This document shows, one piece after another, positions 1 through 8,538 of a DNA stretch of 33,459 nucleotides (positions are counted from its first letter, which is position 1; each line of letters starts with the position of its first letter). Below the pieces are notes generated by a model. It did not search any database, was not told the DNA's origin, and was given only the letters and a program-made list of their open reading frames with translations. The DNA comes from Acidobacteriota bacterium (GTDB taxonomy: Bacteria > Acidobacteriota > Terriglobia > Acidiferrales > UBA7541). The position numbers were made by a program, and so were the translations under genes. Location of the stretch: the NCBI GenBank assembly GCA_028876695.1, contig JAGWRH010000111.1, positions 1 through 33,459 on the forward strand, given 5' to 3'.

Positions 1-2140
1 CCGTGGGCGCAAAATTAACTGTCAGAGTGACGCTCTGATTCGGAGACAGAACCAAGCCGGGGGTGATGCCGCTGGCGGTGTAACCTGCCCCGGTGACGTT
101 CACGGTGGAGATGCTGACGCTGGAGTTTCCGGTGCTGGTAACAGTGGTTGTCAGGGAGGCGCTGCGTCCCACTTGCACGTTGCCAAAACTCAGGCTTGTC
201 GGAGAAGCGCCGAGCGTTTGAGTGGCAGCGGCTCCGGTGCCGGAGAGAGCAATGGAAATTTGCGAGGGCGAGCCGTTGGTCGCGAGCGTGATGGAGCCCG
301 TCGAGGATGTCGCAGCGGCCGGCGTGAACACGGCGTTGAAGTTCAACGAAGCTCCCGCGGCGATGGTGCTCGCGGTCGTCAGCCCCGAAATGCTGAACCC
401 CGTTCCGCTCACGCTGACCTGAGAGAACGACAGAGTTGCGTTGCCCGTGTTCTGGAGCGTGATCACGCTCGAATTGCTGCTGCCGACCGCCACGCTGCCG
501 AACGAGACGCTGGTCGGGCTCGCTGATCCGAGAGATTCCAGTCCGGTGCCGCTCAGGACGATCGCCGCCGGCGATCCCGGCGCGTTGCTGGTGATCGAAA
601 TGCTTCCCGGCGCGTTGCCTTCGGCTGCCGGCGTAAAGGTGACGGAGAAGGTCGTATGGGCGCCCGCGTTGATGGTGGCGGGCGCAAGCGTCATCGTGTA
701 GCCGCTGCCGGAGATGGTCGCCGCGGCGATCGTCAGTGCCGCGTTACCGGTGTTGGTCAGAGTGACCGTCTGCGAGGCGCTGCTTCCCACATTCACGTTG
801 CTGAACGACACCGAAGACGGACTGATCGAAAGCTGCGGTTGCGTGGCCGTTCCGGAACCGCTCAGGGCCATCGTAAGCGGAGAACCCGGCGCATTGCTGG
901 TTACGGAAACCATTCCCGTGGCGCTGCCGCTCGCGGTCGGTGCAAACGTGACGCTGAACGAACCGGTTGCGCCCGGGTTCAAAGCGGCCGCGGTGAAACC
1001 GCTCAGCGTGAAGCCTGAGCCCGAGACGCTCGCAGCCGAAACGGAAACCGGCGCCGTTCCGGAGTTCGTGAGCGTAACGCTGGTCGAAGCTTGGCTGCCG
1101 ATCAGAATACTTCCAAAGTTTATGCTCGAGGGATTGGCGGAGAGCGCGCCCTGCGTGCCGGTTCCGCCGAGTGCGATCGAAAGAGTGGGATTGGACGCGG
1201 TTGTCGAAATCGTGATGCTGCCGGAGGCGCTGCCGGCCGCCGTGGGAGCGAAGGTTGCGGTACACGAAGCCTGCGCGCCCGCCGCGATGCTTTGTCCCGC
1301 GCTGATGCCACTGGCGGCAAAGCCCGCTCCCGAAGTGCTGACGGAATTGATCGTCACCGCCCCCGCGCCGGAGTTCGTGAGCGTAATGGTCTGCTGGCTG
1401 CTGCTGCCGACCACGACGCCGTTGAAGTTATAGCTCGCTGGATTCGCCGAAAGCGTGCCGCTTGGCGCGACCGCGCTGGCGGTTATCGGAAGCGTTTGCG
1501 GCGAGCCCGGCGCGTTGTCCGAAAATGCAATATTTCCGCTCGTCGAACCGGCCGCCGCCGGCGAGTACTGCACCGTGAACGAGATCCCCTGGCCGGGAGC
1601 AATCGTCTGCGGCACGGTCAGGCCCGCGATCGCAAACCCCGTGCCCGTCAGAGAATCGCTTTTCAGCTGCAGATTCGAGGTTCCCGTGTTGGTCAGCGTG
1701 ACGATTTGCGTGCCGGATTGACCGACGACGACGTTGCTGAATGCCACCGACGTGGGGGAAATCGACAGGACCGCCTGAGTGGCGTTTCCGTGGAGATGAA
1801 CCTTGAAACTGGTAGTCGTGGTTGCCTGCGCCGTGATGGTGGAACTCGTGCCAGCGGCGGCACCGGACACGCTGGACGCATCGCTGACGATGGTCACATC
1901 CGCCGAAAGGCTCCCGGCCGATGGGGGAGCGAACACCAATTGCACCGTGGCGCTTTGGCCCGCCGCCAGCGTTCCTGTGGAGTTTCCGCCCGAAAGGCTG
2001 AATCCGGCGCCCGAAACGCTGACGCTTGAGATCGAGACCGGAGCGGTGCCGGTGTCCGTTAACGTAAACGACTGCGTGGCGCTGCTGCCCACGGGCACGT
2101 TGCCGAAATCAACCGTGCTCGCGCTCGCTGAAAGTACCCC
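1..2140 (-). repeat. Coding tandem repeats, period ~300-309 nt (one ~100-aa beta-sandwich module each)
   Basis: The exact 19-mer CCGGAGTTCGTGAGCGTAA occurs at 1059-1077 and 1368-1386, 309 nt (103 codons) apart, and encodes LTLTNSG on the minus strand. I read seven protein-level repeats by hand. They are diverged at DNA level and conserved at protein level. Confidence 0.7.
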
Positions 2141-2332
2141 GGTTGCCATTTGGGAGGCTGTGGCCGCGGCGTTGGTGGTGTAACCCGCGCAGCTCGAAAG
2201 CGCAATCGTTAACCCAATCGTCGCGGCCAGCGCCAATAGAGCCAGCACAGGACCGTGCTCCGGGCAGCTCGATACGTGCCGGAAAATCGGCGTGTGATAT
2301 TGCGTTTCGGATTTCTGTGCACGCGTTTTCAT
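1..2332 (-). CDS. Surface lipoprotein with at least 7 tandem Ig-like (choice-of-anchor-D / ASH-type) repeats; 3' end runs off the window
   Basis: Absent from the ORF track because it has no stop inside the window. Hand translation of the reverse complement from ATG at 2332-2330 gives MKTRAQKSETQYHTPIFRHVSSCPEHGPVLALLALAATIGLTIALSSCAGYTTN... The track lists no minus-strand ORF in this frame (2332 mod 3 = 1) within 1-2332. There is a hydrophobic signal plus lipobox L-S-S-C (Cys48, 2191-2189). Repeats of ~100 aa follow, with the pattern FGNVxVGSSxxQxxTLTNTGxxxLxIxxxxxSGxGFxxxG...PGxSxxFxVxFxPxxxGxxxGxIxIxSNAPGSP. The long + strand ORFs here (714-1433, 1091-2029, 1803-2183) are low-complexity mirror images. 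GTG at 2341 is an alternative start; an in-frame TAG lies at 2347-2345. Confidence 0.8.
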   Translation of the reverse strand, partial: MKTRAQKSETQYHTPIFRHVSSCPEHGPVLALLALAATIGLTIALSSCAGYTTNAAATASQMATGVLSASASTVDFGNVPVGSSATQSFTLTDTGTAPVSISSVSVSGAGFSLSGGNSTGTLAAGQSATVQLVFAPPSAGSLSADVTIVSDASSVSGAAAGTSSTITAQATTTTSFKVHLHGNATQAVLSISPTSVAFSNVVVGQSGTQIVTLTNTGTSNLQLKSDSLTGTGFAIAGLTVPQTIAPGQGISFTVQYSPAAAGSTSGNIAFSDNAPGSPQTLPITASAVAPSGTLSANPASYNFNGVVVGSSSQQTITLTNSGAGAVTINSVSTSGAGFAASGISAGQSIAAGAQASCTATFAPTAAGSASGSITISTTASNPTLSIALGGTGTQGALSANPSSINFGSILIGSQASTSVTLTNSGTAPVSVSAASVSGSGFTLSGFTAAALNPGATGSFSVTFAPTASGSATGMVSVTSNAPGSPLTMALSGSGTATQPQLSISPSSVSFSNVNVGSSASQTVTLTNTGNAALTIAAATISGSGYTMTLAPATINAGAHTTFSVTFTPAAEGNAPGSISITSNAPGSPAAIVLSGTGLESLGSASPTSVSFGSVAVGSSNSSVITLQNTGNATLSFSQVSVSGTGFSISGLTTASTIAAGASLNFNAVFTPAAATSSTGSITLATNGSPSQISIALSGTGAAATQTLGASPTSLSFGNVQVGRSASLTTTVTSTGNSSVSISTVNVTGAGYTASGITPGLVLSPNQSVTLTVNFAPT

Positions 2333-2392
2333 GGCGCGCACAGTCTAGGGAGTCGGCTCGACGCAACTCTACTGGTCAGAGGTCCAAACTAA

Positions 2393-2414
2393 GTACAGGC
2401 TCTTTCGCCTGTAC
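2393..2414. promoter_or_regulatory. Perfect inverted repeat GTACAGGC-N6-GCCTGTAC in the divergent intergenic region
   Basis: GTACAGGC (2393-2400), TCTTTC, GCCTGTAC (2407-2414). It lies 61-82 nt upstream of the minus-strand lipoprotein start. It could be an operator or a 5'-UTR hairpin; the function is not determinable from sequence. Confidence 0.3.
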
Positions 2415-2590
2415 AGACGGTCTATTGAAAACCTGACCCTGCGGGGCACGCATCTGCAGTTTCGTTCAGTCGGGAAATGACGCAAGCATTCGTTGCGCAA
2501 GCGTTTACCGCCGAAAATCCTTAAATGATGTCGTTTTCCGTGGCTGTACTCGCGGGACAGGACCAACCTGTTCCCATGCTAGACTCGAAG

Positions 2591-2607
2591 TGAACGTCCT
2601 ACGTTCA
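2591..2607. promoter_or_regulatory. Perfect palindrome TGAACGT-N3-ACGTTCA just upstream of the VanZ/LamG gene
   Basis: TGAACGT (2591-2597), CCT, ACGTTCA (2601-2607). It ends 10 nt before the ATG at 2618, and no Shine-Dalgarno is visible in between. It is a candidate dimeric-repressor operator or a translation-modulating hairpin. Confidence 0.3.
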
Positions 2608-2617
2608 AACTTACTGG

Positions 2618-4189
2618 ATGATGACACATGCTAATTTGGACGCGCGCCGTGCGCCCACGCCATGGTCCTGGTCCAACCGAGTTTTGCTTCTTTCACTCGC
2701 CGGTATTTTCTTCCTGACTCTTTATCCATTCGAGTTCGACCCACAACGATTGGCGAGCTTTCTGTCCAGTTTTGCTCTAAACGGCTGGAGAAAGGGACTG
2801 GATGATGTCCTAGGCATCTTCCTGAATATCTTGCTATTCATTCCCTTCGGCTTTGGTCTCGCGGAAAAGCTCCGTGAACGGGGAAAATCGAGGTCCGCAA
2901 CACTCATCGCCGTTTATGCCGCGGGTGCTTTGCTCTCCTATTTCGTCGAACTTTTGCAGTTCTATATTCCAAGTCGTGATTCGGGCTGGGGGGATGTCAT
3001 TACCAATTCATTCGGCGCGTTCACCGGCGCGTGGATCTTCGAAGCCGCCGGAGCGAGGATCATCGCCTGGTTTAGTGCGCTCGAGCAAGAGTTGGATTCG
3101 TCATTAAGTATTCCAACGATCGGGGTGATCGTCGCTCTCTACACCGGACTGTGGTGCCTATTGGCTGCGCCGCTACAGAAACAAGTAAGGATCACCAACT
3201 GGGTGCGCGATTCATTTCTTGCCGTAGGTGACCACGCATCCCTTTACCCTGCACCACCATGGCAAGGCCGCATGCTGGAACTGGACATTTGGAATCGCAG
3301 TTTGTCCTCGCAGCTAGCCCGTAGGCTTACAGCCCAGCAACCAACCGAGGCCGGGGCGTCAGACGCGCTGGCTGTTTACAAATTTTCCGGACCGGCGCCA
3401 TTTCACGACCTTGAACACTTCCTGCCTGATCTCGACTGGGCCTCCCAAACACCCCGTACCGCCGACGGTGCGCTATTCGACGGGCGTTCGTGGTTGATTT
3501 CTGCTGGCGGTGCGCCCATGCTCGTCAGCTCCGTAGAGGGTTCCGGGCAGTTCGCCCTACGGCTAATTTGCCAGCCGGCCAAAACCAGCCATACGGATGC
3601 GACGATTGTCTCAGTGTCGTCCCCATCCGGGACGATCAATATGGAATTGGGGCAATACGGATCCTCACTCGCGTTCTGGTTCCGGAATCGATTGTCGACG
3701 CGACGATCGAGGATGGGCTGGAACGTTCCGCAGGTATTCGCGACCAATCAAACGCGCAATGTGTTAATAAGTTTCAACGGTTCCGTTTTGTCGCTGTACG
3801 TGGACGGTCGAGAATACAGTAAACATTATGAGCTCGGCCCGGGCGTCGCTCTTGCGCGGTACGTCCGGCGCCTAAAAACCGAGGAGCTAGAGGGGTACGA
3901 ATTCATCTTGTATGCGATGATATTCATCCCCGTAGGATGCCTGCTCGTGTTCGCCTGGCGCAAATCCGATGTCGGCTGGATTGAACGGTCGTCGTTCTTG
4001 CTGGCGGGCCTTTTGCTTCCGGCCGTGGCCTTGGAATGGGTGGTGGCCAGTGTGGCAGGACGGACAATGTCGCCAGGAGAGATCTGTTTTTCCGTGCTGC
4101 TGGCGCTGGCGGGCTGTGCCTGGATGAATGCGGATCGCGGCTCTTCCGGGGCATTTCGACGCGCGCAGGAACTTGTTTCCGCGAGGTGA
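2618..4189 (+). CDS. VanZ-like membrane protein with central LamG/concanavalin-like jelly-roll domain and C-terminal TM helices
   Basis: 523-aa ORF. The N-terminus has the VanZ-family pattern (LNILLFIPFGFGL ... VELLQFYIPSRDSGWGDVITNSFGAFTGA). The central segment LRLICQPAKTSHTDATIVSVSS...LAFWFRNR...NVLISFNGSVLSLYVDGREY is typical of LamG-type domains. The last ~110 aa contain three hydrophobic helices. Confidence 0.8.
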   Translation: MMTHANLDARRAPTPWSWSNRVLLLSLAGIFFLTLYPFEFDPQRLASFLSSFALNGWRKGLDDVLGIFLNILLFIPFGFGLAEKLRERGKSRSATLIAVYAAGALLSYFVELLQFYIPSRDSGWGDVITNSFGAFTGAWIFEAAGARIIAWFSALEQELDSSLSIPTIGVIVALYTGLWCLLAAPLQKQVRITNWVRDSFLAVGDHASLYPAPPWQGRMLELDIWNRSLSSQLARRLTAQQPTEAGASDALAVYKFSGPAPFHDLEHFLPDLDWASQTPRTADGALFDGRSWLISAGGAPMLVSSVEGSGQFALRLICQPAKTSHTDATIVSVSSPSGTINMELGQYGSSLAFWFRNRLSTRRSRMGWNVPQVFATNQTRNVLISFNGSVLSLYVDGREYSKHYELGPGVALARYVRRLKTEELEGYEFILYAMIFIPVGCLLVFAWRKSDVGWIERSSFLLAGLLLPAVALEWVVASVAGRTMSPGEICFSVLLALAGCAWMNADRGSSGAFRRAQELVSAR

Positions 4190-4191
4190 GT

Positions 4192-5325
4192 ATGGAGCGT
4201 GCGAACGTCGTGATCGTAGGTGGTGGCGTGGTTGGTTGCGCCATCGCCCGAGCCCTCTCCGCTCGATGGAGCGATGTTTTCGTGCTGGAAGCGCTTCCGA
4301 AGATCGGCATGGGCACGAGCACACGCAATAGCGGCGTAATCCATTCCGGGATTTACTATCCGCCCGGTTCGCTCAAAGCGAAATTGTGTGTCCGTGGCAA
4401 TCGGCTAACCTACGAGTTCTGCGCCGCACACAACGTTCCGCATCGCAATTGCGGCAAGCTGGTGGTGGCCGCTCTGGACGAGGAAATCAAGGATCTCACA
4501 GCTCTGATGCAAAACGGCTGTGTGAACGGCGTCGAAGGATTGGCGATGATCGATCGCGAAGAAATTCGCGCGCGCGAGCCGCACGTGGCAGCCAAGCATG
4601 CCCTGCTCGTGCCATCGACGGGAATCGTATCGGCTGAAGATCTGGTGAAGGCGTACGCGCGCGTTGCAGCGGACCGTGGCGCGCACATCGTTACGAACGC
4701 GAAGGTTGACCGGCTTGAGCCATTGCCGGATGGGGTTCGCATTCACAGCGCAGCCGGGGAAATTGAAGCACGGTGCCTGGTAAACAGCGCCGGGCTTTTC
4801 GCCGACGAAATGGCCAGCTTGCTGGGTTCGAAGATGGCCGAGCATCGCATCTATCCGGTTCGAGGGGAATACTGCGAACTGGTCCGCTCGCGGCAGGATT
4901 GGGTGCGAGGTCTCGTCTATCCGGTCCCGCATCACTTGCGCATGACTCTGGGCGTGCATCTGGTGAAAACCGTTTGGGGAAACGTGTTGCTCGGGCCAAC
5001 GGCGCATTACGTGGATGACAAAAACGACTACGAACGTAACCGCGAACGCGTGGAAGATTTCGCCGAAGCGGCCAAACAGCTGCTGCCGGAGCTGACCGTG
5101 GCTGATTTAGTCCCGTCGTATACCGGAATCCGCGCGAAGCTTGCGCCGCCTCCCGGTGCTTCGGGCGGGACCGGTTCTGCCAACGCGATGACCGACTTCA
5201 TCATCCAGCGCGATCCGGAATTTCCGCAGGTCGTACAACTAATTGGGATCGAGTCTCCCGGGCTCACTTCTGCCGCAGCAATCGCGGAACTGGCCGAAAA
5301 TCTGGTCCGAGAAATTCTGGACTAG
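4192..5325 (+). CDS. lhgO: FAD-dependent L-2-hydroxyglutarate oxidase/dehydrogenase family (DAO superfamily)
   Basis: The track ORF starts at 4036 and overlaps the upstream gene. I prefer the ATG at 4192 because GAGG lies at 4184-4187 and the upstream stop TGA lies at 4187-4189. MERANVVIVGGGVVGCAIA is a Rossmann GxGxxG motif. NSGVIHSGIYYPPGSLKAKLCVRGN closely matches my recollection of E. coli LhgO ([25 protein letters not shown]). Confidence 0.85.
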   Translation: MERANVVIVGGGVVGCAIARALSARWSDVFVLEALPKIGMGTSTRNSGVIHSGIYYPPGSLKAKLCVRGNRLTYEFCAAHNVPHRNCGKLVVAALDEEIKDLTALMQNGCVNGVEGLAMIDREEIRAREPHVAAKHALLVPSTGIVSAEDLVKAYARVAADRGAHIVTNAKVDRLEPLPDGVRIHSAAGEIEARCLVNSAGLFADEMASLLGSKMAEHRIYPVRGEYCELVRSRQDWVRGLVYPVPHHLRMTLGVHLVKTVWGNVLLGPTAHYVDDKNDYERNRERVEDFAEAAKQLLPELTVADLVPSYTGIRAKLAPPPGASGGTGSANAMTDFIIQRDPEFPQVVQLIGIESPGLTSAAAIAELAENLVREILD

Positions 5326-5381
5326 CGATCCCGATTGGGCACTCGCGAGCAGCGATTTGGTGCAAAGTCTGTGGCGCAGGT

Positions 5382-8366
5382 CTAGAGAAGCGGTTCTCCT
5401 GCCCCTCGCGCGATAATCTTTCGCGTCTCGTCCCGTAGTCGAACGATGCCCTGCCAATTATCTTCCGCATGGCCAGGCGCGATCAGCGGCCCATAAGTTA
5501 TGGTAATCCGCCCCGGCTTCGGCAGGACTGTTTTATCGCGCAAAATCTGCCGCGCTCCACGCACAGCCACGGGGCAAATCGGCCGCTGCGTCTCGACGGC
5601 CGCCTTGAAGGCGCCGAGCTGGAAAGGACGGATCCCGGTGATCGCCGTAAACGTCCCCTCCGGATAAATGACCACTGACTCGCCGCTTCGGAGGGCCGCA
5701 TTCAGTTCATCGGCCTGGCGGAGCCTAGCCTGCGGATCGGTGCGGTCAAATCCAAAATGTCCGGCGCGCCGCAGAATAGCGCCAAACACCGGCATCGACA
5801 AAGCTTCGCCTTTGACGACAAAGTGCGCGTTTGAGGGAAGGCATCCGACGGTAACCAGTACATCGATGTAGCTCGAATGGTTTGGGGCGAAAATCCAACC
5901 ACCCTCTCCATTCACCTGCGATAACAGCTCGGCGTGGATTTCTCTCACCGGAATTCCCGCCAGCCGCAAACACCATCGCGAAGCGCCCTTCACTCGTGCG
6001 GCGGCGCGTTTTCGATCGTGCGTGGACATGACTCCGACCCATCCTGCGACGATCGCAGCCCCGACGACAGCGAGAGCGTATGCACCGTATGCAAATTCGA
6101 CGGTTCGCCTGGCCGAGCGCTTTAGCTCCAGCCACAGGCGCGGGAACGCACTGCGAGCCGCGAGTCTGGTGACCTGCACCCATGCGGGAGCAAGTTTTTT
6201 GCCAAGCTGTCCTTCCAGGTACAGGCGGCGCGTTTCGCTGCGGCGAAGCTTTCCGCTCGACGTCTTTGGAATGGATTGCGGCGGCAGCAGTTCGACGCGA
6301 TCCGGCGGGACGCCCATCGCGGCGTTCACGTTTTGCGTGATTTCCGCCGCGATTCGATTTGATTCCACAGTTGCACCTCGCCGGACTTCGGCCGCCACGA
6401 TAAGCCTCTCTGTGCCACTTCGTTCATCCGGAGCGCCGAAAGCGACCACGCAGCCCGTTCGCACACCTCGGACGCGTCCAGCGACATCTTCGATTTCATG
6501 AGGGTAGAGTTTCTTCCCGGCCTTGATGATGACGTCCTTCACGCGCCCCGTAATAAAAAGTTCGCCATCCGCTCTGTACGCCAGGTCGCCGGAATCCAAC
6601 CACCCGTCGCCTCGCATAATCTGTTTGGTTGCGTCGTCGTTGCGGTAATAGCCACAGGTCGCGGAGGGGCCGCGAAACCACAATTGCCCTTCGGTGCGCT
6701 CGCCCGCATCGCGTCCGTCGCTTCCGACAATGCGTACTTCCACATCGTTCAGCGGTTCTCCCGCACTAACGAATTCGAGAGCCGGCTGACCTTGGGAGGC
6801 CGGTGTCGCGCGCCCCTCCGACTCAAACGTGTCGCGCGCGATGCGATCCACGCGGTAGCCGCGGCCACACTTAGGAATGGAAATCGCAAGAGTCGCTTCC
6901 GCTAGCCCGTACACCGGCATGATGGCTTCGGGACGGAACCCGTACGCCGCAAACCGTGACGCGAAATTCTCAAGCGTCTCCGCATGAACAGGCTCAGCTC
7001 CGTTGAGCGCCGCGCGCCAGCAGCTCAAATCCACGCCGTCCAAATCCGCATCTGCGATCTTGCGAAGCGAAAGTTCGTACGCGAAATTGGGAGCAGGACT
7101 CAGCGTGGCACGATGACGATCAATCGCCTGCAGCCAACGCGCCGGTCGGCTCAGAAAGGCCAGTGGCGACATTACCGCGACTGGAACGGCGCTATAGAGC
7201 GGCGCCATCCACGCGCCAATCAGTCCCATATCGTGATACAGCGGCAACCAGCTGACCATGAAGTCACCCGGCTCAACTTCGGCTGCGGCGATCATCGACC
7301 GAATGTTGGACATCAAATTCGCATGCGTGAGCGTCACACCCTTTGGCGCACCTGTTGAGCCGGACGTGTATTGCAGGAAAGCGATTTCTGCGGCACGAGC
7401 GGCGTGCGCAGCGTCATCCCCCGCGCGCCGTTCCGTTGCCGGCACATCGGCGGAAGCCGGCGCAGCCAGCGCCAACTTATCGGCGTTCAGCACCTCCCGC
7501 AGCGACCGTACAGCCGGTTTCAGCAAATTCGCCAATCCTTGTGCCTGCGAAAAAGTGACAAGGAAACGGCATTCGGCGTTCGAAAGAATTCCAGCCTGGC
7601 GGGCGGCATACTCCGCAATGCGGTCGGCGCGGAAGGGAGGATAAATCGGCACCGGTATGCCCCCGGTCAGCAAGATTCCTGCGAACGTGTAATAGAACTC
7701 CGCGCATGTCGGCAGCATGATCGCCGCTGTTTGCCCCGGCTGAAGTCCACGTCGCCGCAGTTCCCCAGCCACGTTCAGCGCGCGATTGTAAAGCTCTCCA
7801 AAAGTGATGGTTTGGATCTGCTCGCGCTCGTCGTACAGGTGAATATGCGCGCGGGCCGGCTCGGCCAAGCCACGCAAACGAATGATTTCGGTGAGAGTTT
7901 CCGAAGCGCGAATTCGCCGCTCCGATTCAGGGTCATACTCTATCGTTTCGCCGGACGCTGCTTGCGGAGGAGTTTCGGTGCGTTTGCTAATCGGATCGTG
8001 CGTACGTGACGGGGAGACATGCTCCGGCGCAGATCTTTCGCGCCGCACCGCGTCGATCACGTCTTGAAGGGTGTTCGCTTCCGCGACAACGCGATCCGGC
8101 AGTCGCACGCCGCAGGCGCGATCCAGACGTAGCATCAATTCGACACGTTCGAGACTCCCCAGCCCAAGTTCGCGTTCGAGATGCGACTTAGCCCCACGGA
8201 CCGTGAGTTGCTCGAGGGTGCCAGCGCCGCCGAGCTCGATTACAAGCTGGCGAACAGTCGCCAGAACTTGTTCCTCAACGGATTCACTTCGACCGGCTTG
8301 TGTCCCTCGGGCATTCACGCGGGCAGACTCTTTGCAGCGGTTGATCGTTAGCGAAACTAGCTCCAC
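5382..8366 (-). CDS. Tri-domain fusion: N-terminal acyl carrier domain, fatty-acyl-AMP ligase (FAAL-type adenylation domain), TM segment, C-terminal lysophospholipid acyltransferase (PlsC/AGPAT-type)
   Basis: 994-aa ORF. The carrier domain is ELGLGSLERVELMLRL, with Ser71 at 8156-8154. The adenylation core is LQYTSGSTGAPKGVTLTHANLMSN, with PVPIYPP and PKTSSGKLRR. A hydrophobic stretch FAYGAYALAVVGAAIVAGWVGVM follows. The acyltransferase has the HX4D motif NHSSYID (5882-5862), FGFDR, and YPEGTFT. The start at 8366 is GTG with no SD, so the true start is uncertain (for example, the GTG at Val17). Confidence 0.85.
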   Translation of the reverse strand: MELVSLTINRCKESARVNARGTQAGRSESVEEQVLATVRQLVIELGGAGTLEQLTVRGAKSHLERELGLGSLERVELMLRLDRACGVRLPDRVVAEANTLQDVIDAVRRERSAPEHVSPSRTHDPISKRTETPPQAASGETIEYDPESERRIRASETLTEIIRLRGLAEPARAHIHLYDEREQIQTITFGELYNRALNVAGELRRRGLQPGQTAAIMLPTCAEFYYTFAGILLTGGIPVPIYPPFRADRIAEYAARQAGILSNAECRFLVTFSQAQGLANLLKPAVRSLREVLNADKLALAAPASADVPATERRAGDDAAHAARAAEIAFLQYTSGSTGAPKGVTLTHANLMSNIRSMIAAAEVEPGDFMVSWLPLYHDMGLIGAWMAPLYSAVPVAVMSPLAFLSRPARWLQAIDRHRATLSPAPNFAYELSLRKIADADLDGVDLSCWRAALNGAEPVHAETLENFASRFAAYGFRPEAIMPVYGLAEATLAISIPKCGRGYRVDRIARDTFESEGRATPASQGQPALEFVSAGEPLNDVEVRIVGSDGRDAGERTEGQLWFRGPSATCGYYRNDDATKQIMRGDGWLDSGDLAYRADGELFITGRVKDVIIKAGKKLYPHEIEDVAGRVRGVRTGCVVAFGAPDERSGTERLIVAAEVRRGATVESNRIAAEITQNVNAAMGVPPDRVELLPPQSIPKTSSGKLRRSETRRLYLEGQLGKKLAPAWVQVTRLAARSAFPRLWLELKRSARRTVEFAYGAYALAVVGAAIVAGWVGVMSTHDRKRAAARVKGASRWCLRLAGIPVREIHAELLSQVNGEGGWIFAPNHSSYIDVLVTVGCLPSNAHFVVKGEALSMPVFGAILRRAGHFGFDRTDPQARLRQADELNAALRSGESVVIYPEGTFTAITGIRPFQLGAFKAAVETQRPICPVAVRGARQILRDKTVLPKPGRITITYGPLIAPGHAEDNWQGIVRLRDETRKIIARGAGEPLL

Positions 8367-8538
8367 GCGGAAATAAGAGGAGCAGTCCGCTTCACTGGCG
8401 CCAGCGTATCACCGCGCTCCCGCCCATTCAAACGGACGGCGCAGCTACGCTGCAACCGACGGTTGGCCCGATTGCTGATTGCCGCGGGCGAGCAGAGCTC
8501 GGTCCGCCTCACGATGCATCCGAGCAGGACGAACCCTT

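Noticed and set aside
173-2183. Many + strand ORFs of 60-312 aa (for example, 714-1433 and 1091-2029)
   Set aside because: Their products are Ala/Val/Pro- or Arg/Gly-rich and lack domain-like patterns. They are antisense shadows of the minus-strand repeat-lipoprotein gene, which has a clear signal peptide, a lipobox and repeated Ig-like modules.
4036-4191. N-terminal extension of the LhgO-like ORF (track start 4036)
   Set aside because: The extension overlaps the end of the VanZ/LamG gene. The Rossmann fold starts right after the ATG at 4192, which has its own GAGG SD.
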